A stretch of 64,000 bases of DNA, taken from NCBI GenBank assembly GCA_964016885.1, contig OZ024744.1, positions 20,150,001 through 20,214,000 on the forward strand, in the 5' to 3' direction. Position 1 is the stretch's first letter; each line of letters starts with the position of its first letter. Both the position numbers and the translations under genes were made by a program. This stretch comes from Eledone cirrhosa. Its lineage: Eukaryota. Positions 14,301-28,677 of the stretch are shown piece after piece. The notes below the pieces were generated by a model, which worked only from the letters and a program-made list of their open reading frames with translations, searched no databases and was not told the DNA's origin.

Positions 14301-17300
14301 TTATCAAATACCAACTATAACATCTTCCAATAAATGGAGGCTAAAACAAGTCGTCAAATACTAACTATAACACCTTCCAATAGATGGAGGCTACAATATG
14401 TTGTCAAATACAAACTATAACATCTTCTAATAAATGGAGGCATCAATATGTTGTCAAATACAAACTATAAAACCTCCTAATTGATGGAAGCTACAATATG
14501 TTGTCAAATACCAACTATAAAACCTTCCAATTGATGGAGGCAACAATATGTTGTTAAATACCAACGACATCTTCCTATTGATGGTGGCTAGAATGTGTTG
14601 TCAAATACAAACTATAACATCTTCCAATAGATGTAGGCTACAACATGTCGTCAAACACCAAATATAACATCTACCAATAGATGTCGGCTACAAAATGTTG
14701 TCAAATACCAACTACATCTTCTAATAGATGGAGGCTACAATATGTTATCAAATACAAACTATAACATATTCCTATAGATGGAGTCTACGATATGATGTCA
14801 AATAACAACCATTACATCTTCCAATAGATGTAGTCTACAATATGTTGTCAAATACAAACTACATCTTCCAATAGATGGAAGCTATACTATGTTGTCAAAT
14901 ACCAACTATAACATCTTCTAATAAATGGAGGCTACAATATGTGGCAAATACAAACTAAAACATCTTCCTATAGATGGAAGCTACGATATGTTGTCAAATA
15001 CCAACTATAACATCTTCCAATTTATGGAAACTTCAATATGTCATCAAATACTAACTACATCTTCCAATAGATGGAGGCTACAATATGTTGTCAAATACCA
15101 ACTATAAAATCTTCCTATAGATGGAAGCTACAATTTGTTGTCAAATACCAATTACATCTTCCTATGGATGGAGGCTACAATATGTGCTGAAATACCAACT
15201 ATAACATCTTCCAATTTATGGAAACTTCAATATGTCATCAAATACTAACTACATCTTCCAATAGATGGAGGCTATAATATGTTGTCAAATACCAACTATA
15301 ACATCTTCCTATAGATGGAAGCTACAATTTGTTGTCAAATACCAATTACATCTTCCTATGGATGGAGGCTACAATATGTGCTGAAATACCAACTATAACA
15401 TCTTCCAATTTATGGAAACTACAATATGTTTTCAAATATCAACTATAACATTTTCCAATACATGGAGGCTACCATATGTTGTCAAATACTAACTATAACA
15501 TCTTCCAATCGATGGAGGCTACATCATGTCGTGAAATACTAATTATATCATCTTCCAATAGATGCAAGCTACAATATGTGGTCAAATACCAACTATAACA
15601 TCTTCCAATAGATGTAGACTACAATATGTTATCAAATACTAACAACATCTTCCAATAGATGGAGTCTACGATATGTTGTCAAATACTAACCATAACATCT
15701 TCCAATATATGTAGACTACAATATGTTGTCAAATACCAGCTACATCTTCCTATAGATGAGGATACAATATGGTGTCAAATATTATCTGTAACATCTTCCA
15801 ATAGATGGTGACGACAATATGTTGTCAAATACCAACTATAAGATCTTCCTATAGATGGAAGCTACAATCTATTGTCAAATATCAATTACATCTTCCTATG
15901 GATGGAGGCTACAATATGTGGTGAAATACCAACTATAACATTTTCCAATAAATGGAGCCTACGATATGTTATCAAATACCAACTATAACATCTTCCAATA
16001 GATGGAACCTACTATATGTTGTGAAATACCAACTACAACTTCCAATAGATGTAGGCTACAACATGTCGTCAAATACCAACTATAACATCTTCCAATAGAT
16101 GGAGGCTTCAATGCGTGGTCAAATACAAACTATAACATCTTCCAAGAGATGTAGTCTACAATATGTTATCAAATACTAACTACATATTCCAATAGATGGA
16201 GGCTACAATATGTTGTCAAATACCAACTATAACTTCTTCCAATAGATGTAGTCTACAATATGTTGTCAAATACAATTTACATCTTCCTATAGATGGTGGC
16301 TACAATATTTTATCAAATACAAACTACATCTTCCTATAGATGGTGGCTAGAATATGTTGTCAAATACAAACTATAACATCTTCCAATAGATGGAGGCTAC
16401 ATCATGTCGTCAAATACTAACTATAACATATTCCAATAGATGGAGGCTAGAATATGTGGTCAAATACCAACTATAACATATTCAAATACACGTAGGCTAC
16501 AATATGTTATCAATAACTCACTACATATTCCAATAGATGTAGGCTACAATATGTTGTCAAATACCAATTATAACATCTTCCAATTGATAGAGGCTACAAT
16601 ATATTGTTAAATACCAACTATAACATCTTCCAATAGATGTACTCTACAGTATGTTGTCAGATACCAACTACATTTTCCAATAGATGGAGGCTACAATATT
16701 GTGTCAAATACCAACTATAAAATATTCTAATAAATGGAGGCTACAATATGTTGTCAAATACAAACTATGAAACATTCCATTTGATGGAGGCTACAATATG
16801 TTGACAAATACCAACTACATCTTCCTATAGATGGAGGCTACAATATGGTGTCAAATACCAACTATAACATCTTCCAATAGATGGAGGCTACAATATATTG
16901 TTAAATACCAAATATAACACCTTCCTATAGATAGGAGGCTACGATATGTTGTCAAATAACAACCATTAAATCTTCCAACAGATGGAGACTACAATATGTT
17001 GTCAAATACAAACTATAACATCTTCCAATAGATGGAGACTACAATATGTTATCAAATACTAACTACATCTTCTAATAGATGGAGGCTACAATATGCTGTC
17101 AATTACTAACCATTAAATCTTCCTGAGATGTAGACTACAATATGTTGTCAGATACAATCTATAACATCTTCCAATAGATGTAGGCTACAATATGTTGTCA
17201 AATACAAACTATAACATCTTCCAATAGATGTAGGCTACAATATGTTATCAAATACTAACTACATCTTCTAATAGATGGTGGCTACAATATGCTGTCAAAT

Positions 17301-18401
17301 ACTAACCATTAAATCTCCCAAGAGATGTAGACTACAATATGTTGTCAAATAACAACCATTACATCTTCCAATAGATGGAGACTACAATATGTTGTCAAAT
17401 ACTAACTCTAACATCTTCCTAGAGATGTAGACTACAATATGTTGTCAAATAGCAAATACATCTTCCTAATAGATGAGGATACAATATGGTGTCAAATATT
17501 AACTATAACATCTTCCTATAGATGGAAGCTACAATTTGTTGTCAAATACCAATTACACCTTCCTCTGAATGGAGGCTACAATATCTGGTGAAATATCAAC
17601 AATAACATTTTCCAATAGATGGAGGCTGAAAGTGTGTTGTCAAATACCAACTATAACATCTTCCAATTTATGGAAACTTCAATATGTTGTCAAATAACAA
17701 CTATAACATTTTCCAATAGAAGGAGGCTACAATATGTTGTCAAATACCAACTATATCTTTCAATAGATGGAGGCTACAATATATTGTTAAATACCAACGA
17801 TAACACCTAATAGATGTAAGCTACAATATGTTGTCAAATACAAACTACAACATTTTCCTATCGATGGAGGCTACGAAATGTTATCAAATAACAACCATAA
17901 CATCTTCTTATAGATGGAGGCTATAACATGTTGTCAAATACTAACTATAACATCTTCCTATGTATGGACGCTACAATATGTTGTCAAATACCAACTACAT
18001 CTTCCTATATATGGAGGATACAATATGTTGTCAAATACCAACTACAACCTCCAATAGATGGAGGCTACAACATGTCGTCAAATACTAACTATAACATCTT
18101 CCAATAGATGGAGGCTACAATATGTTATCAAATAGTAACTATATGTTCCAATAGATAGAGACTACAATATGTTGTCAAATACCAACTACATCTTCCAATA
18201 GATGGAGGCTACAATATGTTGGGAAATACCAACTATAACACCTTCCAATAGATGGAGGCTACAATATGTTGTCAAATACTATCTATAACATCTTCCTATA
18301 GATGGAGGCTACAATATGTTGTGAAATACCAACTATAACATCTTGATATAAATGGAGCCTACTATATGTTGTCAAATACCAGCTACATTATCCTATAGAT
18401 G
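2327..18401. repeat. 50/47-bp satellite array, about 16 kb
   Basis: Consensus AATAGATGGAGGCTACAATATGTTGTCAAATACCAACTATAACATCTTCC (50 bp); a 47-bp variant lacks TAA. Inverted blocks lie at about 4122-4693 and 6677-7248. Confidence 0.98.
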
Positions 18402-18492
18402 TGGCTGAGTGCTTACAGAACTGGTTTCGCAATCGTGAGGTTGTGATTTCGATTCCTGGATCAGCAAGTCACTTTATTTCACCTTGCTCCTT
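18402..18492 (+). mobile_element. tRNA-derived SINE head (decayed)
   Basis: Box A-like TGGCTGAGTG, box B-like TTCGATTCC, then GCAAGTCACTTTATTTCACCTTGCTCC, which resembles the SINE at 46205-46448. Confidence 0.55.
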
Positions 18493-18799
18493 ATACCTGG
18501 ATTTGCGACCGATAGATAGTATTAGCAATTGGAAAGACCAACGGAAAAATGCTTTCCTCTGTCCGATTTGACGAAAGTCGATCGTTCCATATATATTTGT
18601 TGTTGTTTTTTCTTCTTTTTTATGCCTCTGTTGCTTCCAATTAGCCTTTCCTTTTTCATATCTATGTAGTACATGCCTCTCCCATCTTACTAGCTCTATA
18701 CATACGTTCATGTTTATTAAATAAATAAATTAATAAAACTGTCCTCTGTGCATTACTGGTATATACTTTCATGAACCTGCACGGATGAGAAACTATGGT

Positions 18800-18960
18800 A
18801 ATAAAATACAGCTATAATCCTGCTCTCATTCTCTCGGACTGAGTTCAAATCCCGCCGCGGTTAACTTTGCTTTTCATCCTTACGGGGTCGATAAAATAGA
18901 GTACCAGTAATGCACTGAGATAACTGCTGGCCTTGTGCCAAAAGTAGGAACAATTATTTG
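18800..18960 (+). mobile_element. tRNA-derived SINE (same family as 39121-39311)
   Basis: GAGTTCAAATCC box B, then TTTCATCCTTACGGGGTCGATAAA and the shared tail GGCCTTGTGCCAAAAGTAG. Confidence 0.8.
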
Positions 18961-19057
18961 TTTCATCTCATTACTTATAATTTGAATGCAGTTTTTTCCA
19001 CCGAATGTTGAAAATAATAATGAAACAAAGGTATCGAATAGTATATATATATATCTA

Positions 19058-19104
<47 letters not shown>

Positions 19105-19221
19105 CACGAATAACTACATTCACACATACACACATGCATATATAAGATCCCGTTAAGGGTGAAAGCAGCGATTCTTTGCTTAAAATTTAATCTGTTATTT
19201 ATATATATATATATATATATA

Positions 19222-19640
19222 TAAGTATGTATACTTACATACATATATATGTATACAGACGTACAGTAGTATGTATATACATACATACACGCACACATAT
19301 ATATATATATGTACGTATGGATTTACCGAACATTGATTATAATGTTCGGTTTTTTTGTAAACAAACAACCCGAATTATTAGCCGCACAGTGTTCGGCAAC
19401 CATCTTTGCCATGTTGTTCAACACTGACAAAGGAGCGATGAACTAGTTTCTAGCTTATTAGCTGTCATCAGCAACGTATACCTTCCTGTCAGTCAATTGA
19501 ACGTATATACTTTCCTTATGCATATTAACGGCTGAACAGCCTAATTTGCATATAGAGTGAGTTAGTCGGCCGGGCGTACCGAAAACGATAAATGGAAAAA
19601 TAAAAAAAATGAAATTTCATTTCTAATTTTTAGTACTATG
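19222..19640 (-). mobile_element. Non-coding hammerhead element, ACTAGT family (sister of 31148-31810)
   Basis: Reverse complement of the 31.2-31.7 kb unit. The HHR at 19435-19477 reads CTGATGA-cagctaataagcta-GAAA-ctag-tt on the minus strand, with a weakened stem I. Confidence 0.75.
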
Positions 19641-19732
19641 AGTGAGAACTGAAATATACATTAACGGTTCAACTGAAAACTTAAACCGTTAATGTATATT
19701 TTCTTGGTTATGTCAACATTTATAAAACACAC

Positions 19733-19932
19733 TTCGTATTTTATTTGATGGTAGCGTACCAAAATGTTGGTACCCTCCAAATATATACAATAGAATAAAT
19801 ATGGTTTCATAAATATAATTTCCATTTATTTAATATCATTGAATATTATACTCCGGAAATCTGTCGAGTGCTCTGAATCAGTTATACACATTCATATTTG
19901 TTGTATTACCAACACATTGATTATCCCTTCTG

Positions 19933-19937
<5 letters not shown>
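19733..19937 (+). mobile_element. Decayed solo pseudo-LTR related to 60440-60712
   Basis: Aligns by eye with 60515-60700. The HHR core has decayed to TTGATGG...CAAA, but the ACTC...GAGTGCT hairpin is retained. Confidence 0.6.
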
Positions 19938-19989
<52 letters not shown>

Positions 19990-19997
<8 letters not shown>

Positions 19998-20654
19998 GAC
20001 GTAAAATAAGACAATTTAAAAAATTAAAAATCAACCAACTTACTAAAATATAACTTATATATTTGTAAGCATGAGTGTACATCTGTACACATATGTTGGT
20101 AGATGTACTAATTCTCTATATTTATCTTCAAATTGTTTGTTGAGCAAAACTGGCCAAAATTTACTGCGGTTTCATGGTAGTAGTAGGCTCTTGTCATAAT
20201 ACCCCCCCCCCCGCTCCTAACTGATTAATCTCGGTGTCACGTGATTGATTCTTTAGAATCTGCCACTGACCAGAGGCAGTGACATTTTTTCAGTGCTCCG
20301 GAATTTAGTCCACGCTAGCTTCTTTCCATCTACTGAATTATTATTTTTATATGGGTTCCTAGTGTCCGCGCATTGCCTGGGAACTTAGCTGAGAATAGAC
20401 TTCCCGATGACGTAATGAATTCTCTATAGTTATATATATTATGTAACTATATGTATCCCATTACAGAAACTAATTAGTTGGAGTGAAAACTTTAGTAAGT
20501 AACTTGATTTTTAATTTTTTAAATTTTCTTATTTTACGTCTTTCATATAATTGTTCTGCATTCACCTGCATTGAACCACATAGGTACTAAGACATAACTT
20601 ATATATTTGCTAGCATGAGTGTACATCTGTACACATATGTTGGTAGATGTACTA

Positions 20655-20660
<6 letters not shown>
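19990..20660 (+). mobile_element. Non-coding hammerhead element, about 544-bp unit with inverted 5' piece
   Basis: Direct repeat 20051/20595. 19990-20048 is the reverse complement of about 20490-20549. The HHR at 20399-20485 has a CCGATGA core, GTAATG/CATTAC stem II and GAAA-CTAATTAG-TT. (TA)n lies on both sides. Confidence 0.75.
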
Positions 20661-20731
<71 letters not shown>

Positions 20732-20942
20732 AGATCATCTCTCCTCCTATCTCATCCTTCCTCATTATACTCCTCCCCCTCCACTTTTTACTCTCATCTC
20801 CTCCTCTTTTTAATCCTTTCCAACCTCCCCCCTCAAAAAACATTTTCCGCAATATCACACATCAATCTAAAACTACTTTTCATATGTTGATTTAAAACTG
20901 GACTATCCACAAGTGTGTTTTAACCTTCATATCATATCTTCC

Positions 20943-21013
20943 TATTTTATCTGATGAAAACACAAATGTTATTACATGATGATATTTGTTTTTGAAATGC
21001 GCATAATAAAATA
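20943..21013 (+). ncRNA. Type I hammerhead ribozyme
   Basis: Stem I TATTTTAT/ATAAAATA (8 bp perfect); CTGATGA at 20951; long stem II ACAAATGTTAT/ATGATATTTGT; GAAA at 20994; palindromic ATGCGCAT; predicted cleavage after AUA (21005). Confidence 0.85.
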
Positions 21014-21169
21014 CATGGAACTCTTTTAACCATCTTTTGATCTTATATAGTATGTATACTCCAGTCCTACAAACTGTAGAGTGCTTCTTATCCGATATCT
21101 GCATTGCTTTATTGTACTACAATAAAACTTACCTCCTACATTATTTATATATATATATATATATATAAT

Positions 21170-23895
21170 GTAATAAACTCGTTAATTTAACCCCTAAAGA
21201 ATTAACAACAGACCAAATCAACATACTCTCCAAAGGTCTGAAATTTACACCAACTCCCCAACGACCAAACTACCCCGAAATGAAGGAAGACATTTCAGAA
21301 TTCTGTAGAAAACTAAGACTCAGCGAGCAACTACAAGACAAATACAATGAGGATGACTCAATAGCCAGAAATAGAAGCAACTACACCCCACCAGAAGCCA
21401 AGATCAAATTCCTCGCCCAATTCTGCGAACACATTACTGATTACCTATACCACCACCTACACAGACATTAACAAAAACCAAACCTAAGTAAAAGAGATTG
21501 GAATGGTCTTAACAGTCTAAAGAACGACAAAACCCTAACAATCAAAGAGGCGGACAAAGGGAGTGCAGTAATCCGTATGAGGACAGATTACTACACGACC
21601 CTAGTACTATAAGCTCTAGAAAACCAAACATATTACGAAAAGGCCCAACACTACACACAACAGAAAATATTAGGAAACCTAAAATCCCTAACAAACCTTT
21701 ACAAAGAAGGCCTTACCGAAAAGGAATACATCTACATCACCGATTTCAAAAGCAGAACCAGCCTTTTCTACAGTATCCCAAATACATTCAAAATCGAAGT
21801 AATAGGCAGAGCCTGCAAGGAAGCACATACATTTACATCAATATCCCCCCTCCTGATGACCTTAAATTAAGACGCATTAATGCAGGTACCACATGTGAAA
21901 CCCACCACCTAAGCAACTTCCTAGATATTCTGCTTAAACCTTTCCTAAAACACATATAAAGCTTCATAAGGGATGACCTTGACAGGCTCAACCACCTCCC
22001 AACTACACTTAATAATGAACATACCCTACTCGTAACCTTTGAAGTCATCAATTTATATTCCAATATCCCACACAGCCTAGGTATAGAGACAATAGAATTA
22101 TGGCTTGAAAATGTCCCTAATGAACTTCCACAGCGCATCCCTAAAGAATATGTGATGGAGGGCCTCAAACTCATCTTGGAAAATAACTTCTTCGAATTCG
22201 ATGCCAAATACTACAGACAGAAATCTGGGACTGCCATGGGCACGAAAGTAGGCCCCTCATACGACAACCTTGTCATGGTATATTTAGAAACCACTCTCTG
22301 CCGCAACGTTCTAGACAAATACGGTAACCACTTCTACATACACATAGAAAAAAACTGGAAGAGATATCTGGACGACTGCTTCATCCTCTGGCTTGAAAGT
22401 ATAGGCATACTGATTGATTTTAAAACACATCTAAATGGACTCAACACGGACATACAATGGAATACAGCCCTTTCCTTGACATCCTCATCAATAAAACAAA
22501 CAACAAAATAGAAACAGACATATACTACAAACCCATAGGCTTCAAACAATATCTTCAATTTAACTCGTGCCACCCTCGACATACCAAAATGGCAATTCCT
22601 TATCACCTAGCCAGAAGGATCTGCACAATAGTTCAGATAAATACACATGCTACACACGACTAGAAGAATTAAAGAACACACTTATCAACAGAAACTACCC
22701 ACCATCCCTAATCAACAATAGATTCCAACGTGCCCTAAAACTCAACATCCAGGAACTCAGACAACCCAAACCGAAACAGAAAACTATACCATACATCTTC
22801 ACACACAACCCCCTCAACAATGAGGCATTCGATACCATCCACCAGAACAGACCTTTACTAAAAAGAGACCCAAAAATGAACAGAATCCTCCAAATACACA
22901 ACTTCATAAAGAGCAAAACACAACCTAAATCCATAAAAAGCATCCTCACGCAAGCCAAAATCCAACCAACCCCACAATGAACCCTACAGTAAATAAATGC
23001 GGAGGGCTCAACTGTGGTATATGCATAAATCTAATAGAAGGTTCAACATTCCACTTTAAACAAGGACAACATTTTACAGTTAAATACAACTTTACATGTG
23101 CATCTGAAAACCTAATCTATGTTTTGACCTACTCAGGTTGTCAAGAGCACTACATAGGACAGACAAAAAACAGCCTCCGACAACGTATGGCCGTCCATAA
23201 ATCAGAAATCAAAATACAGGAATACAGAAAGATTGCGCTTAGTGAACATATCGCCAATTGTACACGTATCCAACATCCAAACTTTAAAATGTTCCCCATT
23301 TACAAATTCATAGACAACGCTACTTTCATCCATCGTACCAATAAGGAAACGTACTTCATTAACAAATTCCAACCTCTATTTTATGGACTAAACTTCGGCC
23401 TAAACTGAAACTGAAACGAACGATGAACAAACCCCCACATTCCTATGTTCTCTAAAGAGTTACCTCCCGTACACCCTCCCTAATACTTTTTCTCTCATTT
23501 ATCTCTCCCCTACCTGACCACCCTGAATTACCTCCCCCTGCATATTAACTCTCTAAAAAGGTAAATCATATCAAACCCCAGACTACCATTTGCCTCCATC
23601 AGGGACCATCTAAGCGCTCTTGACATAATAACACATTTTGAACTGCTTATCCCCAAGAAGTATGCCTGTAAATAATATTATTCTTTATTTCCCATTACCT
23701 TATCATGTTCCACATCACCCCTTTTTTTTCTTTTTACTCCAAAAACCTTGTTTGTAAATAATATTATTCTTTCTTTCCATTTCCTTAACATGTTCAACAT
23801 CACCTTATCTTCTCTCCTACATTTTATACCAATACAAATTCCCCCATTTAATAATGTATAAAATGCTGAAACCGGTAATTGGCAATTATTAAATA
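21170..23895 (+). mobile_element. Penelope-like element (RT + C-terminal GIY-YIG), Neptune-like, degenerate
   Basis: Motifs LSKGLKFTPTP, GTAMGTKVGPSY, KRYLDD, FLDI, a Cys linker CGGLNCGIC and NLIYVLT..QEHYIGQT. A decayed HHR lies at about 23848-23880 (GAAACCGGTA). Confidence 0.9.
21174..23408 (+). pseudogene. Frameshifted PLE RT-endonuclease ORF
   Basis: Split across ORF pieces 21280-21471, 22152-22511, 22457-22663, 22567-22980 and 22977-23408 by stops and frameshifts. Confidence 0.88.
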
Positions 23896-24229
23896 TACTA
23901 GCAGAATGGCCCCGCATTGCTCGGGATTTTCTCTAGGGTTCTTTATCCTTATTTATCCTTATCGAGCCTCGTGAAATAAATACGTTTGTTATACTTGGGG
24001 AGGGTCATATTTGTGTAATATTGCCAGAATTAATAACAGAACACACTCACTGTTTCGTTGGTTTTCGCTTTTCGCTTCTGTGTCTTTTATATCGGTAATC
24101 TAATTTATTCGGTCCTCAATGTTGCCATTGACTGACCGACGGTCAAAAATAATTCAGATACAATATAGACACAAACACATATATATAGTTTATCAAAGTT
24201 CTTTCGTTGCACATCTGCAACATCGTCAG

Positions 24230-25272
24230 TGGTGCTATGGTTTCCTCCCGTTACATTGTATGTCTACGCCATTTTTATTAAGTCTGTCTATATATTTATT
24301 TATTTGTTTGTTTGTTAATTTTATTTTGTATTCTTTGCGCATGCGTTTGCGTGTGTGTATAGTGTTTTGTTTGATGTGTGTTCGTGATTGGGTGACTAGT
24401 GTGTGTTTATATGTGTTTGTTGTTATTGTGCTTGTGTATGTAGTTATTTATTTATTTATCTATTTATTTATTTTTTTTATTTATTTATACTTCTCTTAGG
24501 TCAGTGTTGTTTGTTTGGGTGTTGTTGTTATTCCAGTCATTCTTTCTGTTTAGTCTTGGCCTTCTAAGTTCTATTTCACTGGCCTCTCTGATTTGCCTAT
24601 CTGTTGGGTCATTTCTATGTTTAGATATTATTCTAATTTCTATGTTGTCTATGTTACCGTTGTGTTGTTGTCTGGCATGTTCGTATAGTACTGACCCGTT
24701 TCTTCGTCCTTTTAGTTCCCCCCAGTGTTGGTCTATCATTTCACCTATGCTGCGAGCTGTCTCGCCTATGTATGTTGTTGTCATGTTTCTGCCAGTGCCC
24801 TCTGTACATCTTATGCTATAGACTACGTTTCTAGTTTTACAGTTTATCCGGGGGTTTACCTTACATATGATACATTTCCTATTAGTACAGTGGGTTTTCT
24901 TAAAAGGGTAGGTTTTGCTGATCAGGGATTTTATGGTGGTTCCTGGTTTTTCTACCACCTTAATCTTTAAGTGGGTCTTTCTCAGGGCCTTTCTACACTG
25001 GTTAGCTAATTTCCCTCCAGGGGTAGTGTCCACAAACATGACACTCTGGTATCTCTGGTTGTCGTACCATGAGGTGGCTTTCCCTATCTTATGTCTAGCC
25101 CTATCTAAGCTATTCCATGATTTTCTCCTGTATAATGGGCAAATTCTTTTCATGTCCAGTTCTATGAGGGTTTTATACTTCTCCATGGCTCCTTCGTATA
25201 CTCTGACTCTGTCTCTTTGGTTGTAGTCAGAGAACTGTATGCAGTTGATGAAGTGTTGGATGTGTCTTTGTA
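24230..25272 (-). mobile_element. PLE 3' fragment (linker + GIY-YIG endonuclease and 3' UTR)
   Basis: ORF 24485-25186 has CTNRKCIIC, NVVYSIRC, YIGET, LYEH, RQIREA and LNRK. It is 5'-truncated at a (TA)n tract. Confidence 0.85.
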
Positions 25273-25305
25273 ATGTATATATATATATATGTGTGTGTGC
25301 GTGTG

Positions 25306-28200
25306 TAAAAGGTAAAAAGAAATAACAAAACGAACAGTACAGTGAAGGAATATATTAGTTTAATGCATGAAGTAGCAGGAAGAGGGTATTAACGTTTCAG
25401 ACGCTAGTCTATCAACAGAGAAAAGAATGACAAATTAAGGGAGTAATAGAAAGATTGAGGGGACAGGCAGGGCGGAATCGGAAAAAACAATTATAGAAAA
25501 ATAACAGGACCTTTGATGTTTCCCACTCTTGCAAAACTGTTGATGCTGGCATTTTGTGTATAATGTACGTTTTTAGAAAAAAAGTGGATGATGGACCGCG
25601 TCTAGCTGAAATGGAAAAAACCCGTTTTGTATATACAGCTTGTGCGCGCGCGCGGACGCGTGTGTGTGTGTGCCTTAAATACGAAGCTGTGAGCAAAAGT
25701 ATGTTAATATAAGGGAGTGTGTGTATACAGAGCTGTGAAGGTAAAAGTAGAGGTGTGAGTGCGTACTTTGTTGGTCTGTATCAGCTGTAAGAGAGCCATA
25801 GGAATCTAAGGTTGAATGTACATGAGTGTGTGATAAGGGCCGGGGTAAATGTGGCGGGGACAAAGAGTAGAGAAGTAAGCATGAACGTATATGTGTGATA
25901 TTAAAGAAATTGGGGAGAGGAGTTGAGTCCATGATGGAAACAGGACCCAAGGCGGAAAATCAACTCTGTTCAGTCCTGGTGCACAAGGACTGTGATCCGT
26001 GATGTAAAAGTATACCAAGGATTCAGACATGTAAGATAGACCTGGGGAACGGTAAAGATGGGCGACGGGAATATCTATATCGAGTCGTATGTCCCTCAAA
26101 TGTTCAGCAAAACAGTCCACCAAACAGCGTCCTGTTTGTCCAATGGATAAGGACTCGCAAATGGAACACGTGAGGGCATAGACTACATGGGTGGTGTTGC
26201 AGGTGAAAGAGTGGCGGATACGGAATGAACCAGTGGTGTCTGTGAGAGTGGTGAGGTTAGAAATGAAAGGACAGGTGTTACAGCGGGGTTGAGAACAAGG
26301 ATGAGGGTCGAGTGGAATCGTAGGAAAATACGAAAAGGAACTGCGTACCAGGAGGTCGCGGGTCTTACGGGTCCACTTAAATGCGGTAATAGATAGGTTA
26401 GAATAAAACGAGAAGTGACGGGGTCAGAAGAGAGGGTGCGGAAAGAACGGAAGATATGTCGTCGGGGTGGTAGGATGATGGGGTGGTAGGTGAGAGGGAA
26501 CGGATGTTGGGAGGCAGCTGGTGAGGTGAGAGGGCTGTGGTACGGTCGGTTTCACAGCCGCGGGTGAGAGCAGCTTGGATCAGTGTCGGGGGGAGGGGGA
26601 GGGGTGCCCACGCTGGATGAAGAAGGAAGACATGTGAAGGGAATTGTCTTAGAAATTGTGGTCCGACGAAGTTGGAGGAGTTGCGAATAGGCTATGTAGT
26701 GTTTGGTGTGGGTTGGATGGGAGGAGGTGATCTCGAGAGGAGATTGGCAGTCTGTTGGTTTAATGTAGATGGAAGTAGAGAGGGTGTGGTGAGGGTGATT
26801 AATAGATAGAGAGATATCTAGAAAAGAGAGAGAAGAATCGGAGACGGAGGCGGTGAAAGTAAGAGCAGGATGGAAATATTGGACAAAAGAAATAAAACAG
26901 TCGAGCTGCTCTCGTGATAGAGAGGTGGCGCCGATAGAGTCGTCGATATAACGACCGTATAGCTCAGGAGTCGGTCTAGCATACTGGGAGAAGATCTGGG
27001 CTTTGACGTAGCCAACAAACAAGTTGGCATAGTTTGGACCCATTCTGGTTCCCATCGTTACCCCAGACCTGCTGGTAAAACTCCCTCGAAAAGGAAAACC
27101 CATTGAGGGTCAGAACAAGCTCAGCAAGACGGAGAAGAGTGGAAGTGCTGGGGTAAGGGGTATGGGATAGGTCGAAAACTTGTCGGAGAGCGTGGAGGCC
27201 ATCATTGTGGGGGATGACGATATAGAGAGAGGTGATTTCCAGAGTAAAGACAAAGCGAGAGGGACCAGGAGGGAAGGAGGAGTTAAAAACTCTACGGGCA
27301 TGATTTGTATCATGGATGGAGGAGGGGAGGTCGGTTACTAAGGGGTGAGGAGGGTGTCCAGGTGTTTGATGTGATTTCGTTAGGGCAATTACAGACGAAA
27401 TCGATAGACGGCGAGGATTATTATGTTTATGTATTTGGGAGAGGAAGTAGACGGTGGGTGTACGAGGGGTGCGTGATATAAGGTTGATGGGTATGCGAGA
27501 GACGCGTACATTAAGGTTGGGGCGGGGGTAGGAGAGAGGATATCATGAGCTGGTGAAGGGAGGGACACGTGTTGTTGGTTGCCAGGAGTAGGGTCGGTGG
27601 ATAAATGGTGGTAAAAAAGGTATCGTGAAATGGGCGGAGGGCCTCAGCCTTATAGAGTTCAACGCTCCAAACCACCACAGCGCCACCTTTGTCAGCGGGT
27701 TTGATTACAATGTCATCACGACGCCATAGGTTGCAGAGACGGAGAGCTCAGTTCGCGTGATGTTATAGCTACGAGAATGCTGGTGAAACGGAACCGATTC
27801 CCAGTACGCCGGCAAGTATCGACAAAGGAGTCGAGGGTGCTGAACTGGCCAGAGCTCGGCGTCCAATGTGATTGCCAGCGACTGAGACGAGTGAAGTCAT
27901 CCGTCTGTGTTGATGATGGCGTGTCGTGAAAAAAAGCTTTCAGCTTTAAACGACGGAAGAACCCTTCAATCTCAGCACGTGTGTAGAACTCGGCGCAGGT
28001 TGTTATATGGTTGGTATAAAACGCAAACCCCGATCGTGAAGAGCCGCTCAGCTTCGGAAAGTGGTAGGTCCTGGGGTATGGTGACTACAGTGGCGGTAGA
28101 GGAGGAGGAGGTGTTATGGTGGTTAGGCAAGTCGGGTGCAGGGTCAGTAGTAGGGAGGAAAGAGGGTGGGGGAAACAGAGAGAGGGGAGTCATAGCTGAC
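25306..28200 (-). mobile_element. Penelope-like element, degenerate, near full length
   Basis: RT motifs GVTMGTRMGPNYANLF, YGRYIDD, FLDI and SSHPTH (26552-27103); GIY-YIG remnants at about 25950-26300; decayed minimal HHR at 25385-25420. Confidence 0.88.
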
Positions 28201-28677
28201 GGAATATGTATGTATATATGTATATATATATATATATATTTCGTTTCTGACCTCCCAACGTATAACAATATATATATATATATGACAATTTCGATTATTA
28301 CTTGCTATATTGCGGCTACAACTTCGATTCATATTAAATATATATTATTATATTCCTCGTCAAAATGCGCCTGTTCTTATGTTCGAAATGAATTATTGAC
28401 TTGATATTTTTCCTTTTTTCCTCTCTTTACGTTGCTTCACCCTTCGTGTCTGTTCACATGTCTTTCTCTTTCTCCACCCACTTCTTTTTATCCCAATAAC
28501 TTATTTTAGTTATTGAATCGCCCTAGGATGAGATATCTTGTCTCTAACGCGAAGAGATACCTATGATGCCTAGTAGACAACTGATGATGGATAATCCTAA
28601 CTTCTAATTTCTAATTTTTCGTTATACTTAAATGCAACAACACAGCTCGCTATTTTGATTTATATATATATATATAT

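Noticed and set aside
2327-18401. 50-bp repeat as a CRISPR array or coding repeat
   Set aside because: Monomers are contiguous with no unique spacers, the unit is not a multiple of 3, there are no cas genes, and the context is eukaryotic.
28520-28610. CTGATGA at 28581 as a hammerhead
   Set aside because: I found no downstream GAAA with stem III and no complementary stem I.
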